A stretch of 64,000 nt of DNA from Eutreptiella sp. 'Long Island Sound 2002' (Eukaryota; Protista; Euglenida). The stretch is taken from the NCBI GenBank assembly GCA_964036045.1, contig OZ038378.1, positions 8,680,001 to 8,744,000 of the forward strand, read 5' to 3'. The notes beneath the pieces are model-generated. The model saw nothing but the letters and a program-made list of their open reading frames with translations, had not been told where the DNA came from and searched no databases. The position numbers and the translations under genes were made by a program. This document shows, piece after piece, positions 57,901 through 64,000 of the stretch (the stretch's first letter is position 1; every line of letters starts with the position of its first letter).

Positions 57901-60314
57901 CAGTGCGGTGAGGTGCATGGCACACACCCACGGCAGGCGTGTCCGGCTCGCCAACGGTGGATCGGCTCCCTTGTGTACGCGAAATGCACAGAACACACGT
58001 GACTGGAAATTGGTTGCACCACACGGTGCTGTGCTACGACATGCAGCTCTGCACGGTGTGACCGTGGAACTGCTCGACCGCCAAAAAACATGGTGAGGCA
58101 CAGGGGAAGAGGAGCAATTGGAGGGGAGATGGCTGTCTCTGTGTTGCAACCAAGGACCAACAGCAGGCAGCATGCCGCAGCACTTGAAAGTTGATAGAGG
58201 TTTTGCGCTTTGTCATGGGCAATGACACATTGTGTGACTTGGCCATTATGTATGTGAATACGGAAAATGGCTTGAAGGAGGATGACGAGTGAGAACACGT
58301 CTATTGACGAAAGGGATTCTTCAGTACAGCATTGCATGTTCTGTAGGAGGGATTTCTGTTGTGTGGCCTGGCTGCATGCGATAAGGTCACCCTCCCCAGA
58401 CCAACACTGTCGCAGCATGCCGCAGCGGCAATTTTTTCCCTTCAGACCGTTGGTCCTTGCTTCTGACATCCTGCGGCCATGCGGCACATTCTCGTTGCCC
58501 CTGCGTGCCGTGACTGAAGGTGCGGTCTTTTGTGCCACACAACTTGCAAGTTTTTTGACAAAGGCCTTGGGACAGACCTCCAGTGGGCACAGCGCCCAAA
58601 TGCGGTGTGTGGTGTCGTATGCACAGCGCACTGGGGTGTGAACACCAGAATCAAACGCAATGAAGTGCACACTGTCAGGCAGGATTGTTTTCAGCGCCAG
58701 CAGCCGGAAAATGGCGCAGCAGTTGCAGGATAAGTTGCGAGCGGACCAGGAGGCTTCACGTGCAGGCATGCCCATTCCTCTGAAGTTTGGAGGGTGCTGT
58801 CCATCACTTTCCTCTCTCCGCCATGCTTGGGTAGAGTGGGGTTGGCGACCTGCATGTGTGGATGGCATGGTGTCAGCACGGTGGCGGCAGCTGTGCACAC
58901 CACTGCCGGTGTTCCGCTGGGTGTTCCGGGGCGACGTTGTATTGCCAGGCCACACGTGGATGCCCTGCACTCCCCATGCACCACCGTTTCCTGCTTCACG
59001 ACGAAACAGTCACCGCTGACAGGGGGACGCAGGGGGGGTTACGTGTTGAATTCGCTGCGGGTGTTGGGCCCTCTGCCCTGCGTTTTTTTGCTGCAGGAGA
59101 TCAAAAGGCGTTGGAAGCCTGACACCATTTACTGGGTTGTGCTTGAGGTGCGGTGTGCGTGTGCCTCTGGCTGTGTCCGCGCGTGCGTGCATGCGCACGC
59201 CACCCTTTGCCTGTACCCCCCCCTCCCCCCCCCCCCCCCCCCTCGTTGGACAGGAACGAACCAAGGACAACAGTGCGACCACCGTGCAGCGCAAACCACC
59301 CAGGCCACCGCACAGGTGCACACGCCACCCGCGTCAACCATTACGAGCGCACGCCACCCGTGGAGGTGCTCGCGACACCCGGGGAAAGGTGCGCGTAATG
59401 CCCACGTGCGCTACGCGCAGGGATGGTGTGATTGGGCCCCACGCACACGGCAGCGCCGGGAGGCAGGTGGTGGACGACCAGGACAACACACGGAGGGGTG
59501 GAGCACTTGGGCCCCACGCACACGGAAACGCAGCGAGGCATGTGGTGGACGCAACCCCAGTGTGCCAACTACTGGGCTCTGCTAACGCGGAAACGACACC
59601 ACAAGGAACACCGGCCGCAGCGGCCGTCAGAAAGCATTCACCCGACGCAGCACCCGCAGGGAAGAACGGGTGACTGTCAAGGGCAACAGCAACCCGACGA
59701 AATGTCACACAGCGGGGGGCGGGTGAGGGAACCGTCACCTCGATTTGGTAATTTGAAAATCCAAACCAATATTTCCCACTCTCATTAGCCAATAACTGCG
59801 CTTCAGCACACAGCACGTGACGAGCAGGGCCAGGGCCACTGCCATGGTTTATGGAATGTGTCTCAACCGGTTTCGCCGCCCTGGGCCTCCTCAGCAAACA
59901 AACCTGGGAGTTTTGAGGCAACCGGCCCGGGGGGGGGGGGGGGGGGCGAATGGGGGCAACCCTCCCCACCGTCGGAGGGCTGTTTGGAACCTCACTGAGC
60001 AATGGCCTGCATCCGCTGCAAGTTCAGTGTTTGTCGGAAATCGCGGCTGTTGCAGGTTGCATTCACAGCTTTGGGAAATTTGGGTCTGGGACTGTATTGT
60101 ACGTGCCAGAGCAAATGCCTTTCTTGCATCCATCGGCGCATGTGTCTACAAGTGCTACCAAGGACACTTACTTTTTCGAATTGTCAGCCAATGGATGTTG
60201 CCAATTCCCACTGCTGTGTCCGCGTCCCAAAGCATGAAGGTGACGTGGGTAGAGAACCCCTGCCATAGTGGGATCAGTAGATCTGGGGGAAAGACCAAGA
60301 AACGGCAAGAGCAG

Positions 60315-60370
60315 ACACACACACACGCGCGCGCGGCGCACACACGCACACGCACACGCACACGCACACG

Positions 60371-60432
<62 letters not shown>
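60315..60432. repeat. (CA)n/(CACG)n microsatellite
   Basis: Directly visible. Confidence 0.97.
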
Positions 60433-60436
<4 letters not shown>

Positions 60437-60779
60437 CCCGAGGGGAGTGAGGCGCTGCTGCTCAAGGGAGGCCATCATTACCATTGACATGTACCCGCGT
60501 GTCAATTTCAATGTTCCGCCACGATCAAGGGCCTCCTCAGAACGTGGTCCTGACAATCAGCGCATCACATGTGAGCGCTCTGGCACCGTGGTCACTACGA
60601 CTGCAACCCCGCACCTGTAATCTCCGCCAACTGGGTAGAGGCGAGGCAGCCTTTGAAGGAGGTGAAGAGGCTGTGGCCGTACAGCTCACCTGACCCAGAC
60701 ACATCTGAACACATCATTTGTTGTTTGTACTGCGCACCTGCGTTGTGTGTGCTTGGCCATGTGCCGCACACAAACCTTT

Positions 60780-60990
60780 GCTTAAGGGTGGTCCGACTGG
60801 ACTGGGGGGGGGGGGGGGTGGGTGGGTCCGTGGCCTGTGGGTGGGTGGGTTAGTTTGGTTTTGGGCAATTTGGCCCAACGTGCCTACTCCCCCCCAGGGG
60901 GGGGGGTGGGGTCTGGGTGGGTGGGTGGGTGGGTGGGTGGGTGGGCAACTGGGTAGGGGCTGGGTAGGGCCTGACTCTCCCAAACTAACC
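60780..60990. repeat. G-rich (GGGT)n interspersed repeat; related copy at 62160-62345
   Basis: Shared CCTACT..GGGTCTGGGTGGGTGGGTGGGT core at both loci. Confidence 0.55.
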
Positions 60991-61700
60991 GGGTAGCCAG
61001 GATGGACCAGACATTTTGCTGTATCCTGTGCAGGCTTCTGGTCCAGCGATGCTGCCAGAGGCCGCCCTTCACTTCAAGGAGGTCACGGTGCATCCCCCAC
61101 GATGCATGCCCCTCTCTGCCCATTCCCTGTGCAGCAAAAAGGAGCCAGCACTAAGTTATGCCTGTTTGTCCTGCAGTCGTGTGTGGGTGGGTGCGTTCAG
61201 TTGGTTGACAGTGACAGGTGCCTTGCTTGTCCCATCTCGGGCTCTCTCTGATGCTTCAAGTGGTTTGCTTCGCTCTGTTTTTTTTTGGTGTCTGTTGGGC
61301 CAGTTCTATTTATGGCCTCCAGTCAGTCATGCTTCCTTGCTTGTGAGTGAGTTGTCGTTGTCAGAGAGATTGGGGGGGTGTCAGAGAAACACGGGCAGCG
61401 TCCTTTCAGTTGCTCATTCTCGCACTGGATGCACAGAGCTGGGAGCAGTATGATTATACTGCAGTGTGTGAAATGATTAGGAAAAACGCTCGGCGCGCCA
61501 GGTTCCGGCTTGCGCGGAGCGACAAGGGTGTGACAGGGGACAAACGGAAGCAAAAGAAGGGTAAGAAGGGCAAAAAGAAGGCAAATTTTTCGGAAGGGCT
61601 GCTGCTGTGCACAGTGACAGTGACAGTGATAGCTCAGCGTCCTCCTCCTCTAGTTCCTCCTCCTCCTCCTCCTCTTCCGATTCTGATGCGAAGTAGGGTT

Positions 61701-62038
61701 CAGTGGTTCACACCGTGCATGCAAGTTGCTGTTTCTTGTGTTTCCAGCTGCAAAGACATTTCTTCGGATAAAAAAAATTCAGATGGCAGCCTGTACAAAG
61801 TACTTGAGCAGAGCGCTGCTGTAACAGCTGGTGGTCCAATGGTGGAACCCTGTGCACAGTACCGGAGCTTTGGGATGACAGCAGATGGGCCAGTGGTTCA
61901 CACCGTGCATGCAAGTTGTATTGCTGTTTCTTGTGTTTCCAGCTGCAAAGACATTTCTTCTGAAAAAAAAATCAGATGGCAGGCTGTACAAAGTACTTGA
62001 GCAAAGCGCTGCTGTAATGGCTAGTGGTCCAGTGGTAA
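61701..62038 (+). repeat. ~190-bp diverged tandem duplication
   Basis: CAGTGGTTCACACCGTGCATGCAAG..TTTCCAGCTGCAAAGACATTTC..GTACTTGAGCA units at 61701 and 61891. Confidence 0.9.
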
Positions 62039-64000
62039 AACAGCGAAGTGCAGATTTGCAGGTGTGGGTTCAAACTCAGCTTCCTGCACTTTCGAACTTT
62101 AGGTCCCTGACACTTTCGCAAAATTTTCAGTATGCAATGGACATATGATGCAGGCTGAACTAACCCCCCCCCCGACTGGGGGACCCCCCCCCTACTGGGG
62201 GAGTAGGGGGGGGGTCTGGGTGGGTGGGTGGGTGGGTCAGCTTGGGTGGGTGGGTGGCTTGGCCAGTCCTGAGGCAGCCCCAAAATGACCCCCCCCCTCC
62301 CCCCCCAGTTGCTAAGCAAAGGTTTGGCCGCACACCCCTTGAACAATCCTTGGGGGGTCGGGAACCGTCACTTTGGCTATGTCCCCTCGGATATGAGCAC
62401 ACACCCAAGCGCCTCCTCGTGCATCCACATCATCTTTCCCACTGACGTCCACCACCTCAGACATGGTCAGGTGGAGGCAAATCCTGCTGGTCCATACCCT
62501 GGATGCTGCTGGTTCTTACTAAGGTGGGTGTATTCAGGGGGGGGTATTACCGGGTGGCACATGGTAAAGAACTGATTCCCACGACCCCGCTGGCGGCTTC
62601 CCTACCCCTGCACTGACACACAATGCTCTCCTGCATCCTTTGCAGATGCAAGTCAGCCATTGCCTCAGCGTTCCAGTGTGGCGAGCGCTGTATTGGCAGC
62701 AGCGGGCGCTTGCTCCAGTCAAGCCTCTGCCGCTCCAAGACTGTTTCACGGTGGCAATTCACATCCGTCCACGGCCGTTCCGATCCCCCAAGAGAGAGGT
62801 ATTGGATAGTGTGCAGAACCGTTGCCAAGCCCCCATGCCCAGTGTCGGACTGAACGATCGTTTTACGTAAAGGAGGGGGTGGGGGGCGCAGGCATGCGCC
62901 TTGACCAAAAGTCCAGTTTCCAAAAATGTTGAAATTCTGCAGCGTTGTGCATTCGCCGCAGCGCTGCCCGCCGACTCAGGAGTGTCAGGAACGGATCACA
63001 CCGCCCCTCCTGCCACAGCCTCTCGCCTTTGCAGTTGCCCCCAGCGTACTACGCCGCTGTAGCCAACGCTGTGGTGAAGTTGATTCGCGCGGAAACGCCC
63101 GCAAAGGATGTCTGTACACTGCTGCTCACAGGCCCGGTATGACGTTGTGTTGTGGTGGTGCACACCGATGGGTCTTGTGTAGGGCGCTGTCCCTAGGGAG
63201 CCGAAGGGCCACAGAGCTAAAGGCTGCGAGCACGCCCAACACGCCACAAACGTATCATTTCCGCAAAGTTCAACAAGTATGACCCTGTAAGTTGACTTTA
63301 GTGCTTGGTGGCCTTCTTCTCATTTCGGAAACAAAGATTGTCATTCACATGCACATTGTTCAAGGGTCTCACGCGTAGATCCTTGATGCTGAATGATACT
63401 AGCCGCTCGAATGTGTGAATCTCATGTGGTTGACTGTTTTGCTGCGCCGTACAGATCTGTTGATGACTGAACAAATCAGCCACACCAGAGTCATGACTTC
63501 AGGGAGCAGGACGTATCACCAAGCACCAAGGACCTACATGTAAGAAGCTTGGACAGCAGGCATTTGGCTGATACTACTAGTTAGGGGTAGCAGGACGCTT
63601 GCAGGCAGGTTTGAGGGTAGTACACGTTGAAATCTGTGGAAATGACGCATTCTTGTTGCATGGGGCGTGCTGCAAACGAATGCCCCATTGCACGACACCC
63701 GAGGGCTCTGTTCTGCACAGCATTAAGTTGCAAGGTTACTACCAGGTGCAGGAGGGGGGGGGTATTTGCTGTGTACGAATTTTGGCAAGCAAAAATTGGC
63801 AGTGGCGAAAATTGGTGCCTGCACTACAGCGAGGCAACACAAAAGCAACACTGATTTGTATGCTCACAGCCTAAAGGGAGCTAAGCCGCTGGAGGGAGCT
63901 GCTACTGCTATGAATGCTGGCAACTGCCACTGCCACTAACTACCACCGAGAAGTCCTGCGGGTCTCCCCTCAATCTGCATACCGTTTGCACACAAACCCT

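Noticed and set aside
52056-59585. Assorted ORFs up to 356 aa, some with protein-like stretches (55425..55742, 56533..56805, 57900..58970)
   Set aside because: No domain recognised and frequent stops; likely decayed elements or unidentifiable exons.

Overview
Eukaryotic (protist/alga-like) genomic DNA with canonical GT-AG introns, long G/C homopolymers and microsatellites. There is no rRNA, bona fide tRNA or CRISPR array. The window is dominated by nested mobile elements. (1) An endonuclease-less Penelope-like retroelement (PLE) at ~0.3-3.7 kb has a 3' hammerhead ribozyme and is interrupted by a Helentron-like non-autonomous element carrying two convergent tRNA-like heads; a second copy lies at 9.6-10.2 kb. 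(2) A 10-bp satellite and palindromic arrays occupy 7.2-10.6 kb. (3) A split host gene resembling FCP1/CPL CTD phosphatase has a degenerate catalytic motif (16.4-21.5 kb, minus). (4) A broken, intron-bearing RAG1/Transib-like transposase lies at 26.5-28.6 kb. (5) A 13.5-kb minus-strand PLE (29831-43328) has 889-bp pseudo-LTRs, an N-terminal GIY-YIG, an FRDN-type RT and a Gag-like zinc-knuckle ORF1. (6) Inserted in that ORF1 is the most interesting object, a 6.3-kb DNA transposon (35182-41518). It has an intact RAG1-like transposase, TGTA-type TIRs, a 2-bp CA TSD and two cargo genes, one a GNAT-like plus 2OG-Fe(II) dioxygenase fusion; each of its three genes is preceded by an array of GAATTCGTACGAATT-type palindromes. 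(7) A piggyBac element flanked by ATAT rather than TTAA (47506-50564) and several other palindrome-array-bounded modules follow. The last ~12 kb is mostly low-complexity or unassignable. All family assignments come from motif recognition by eye, not database searches.
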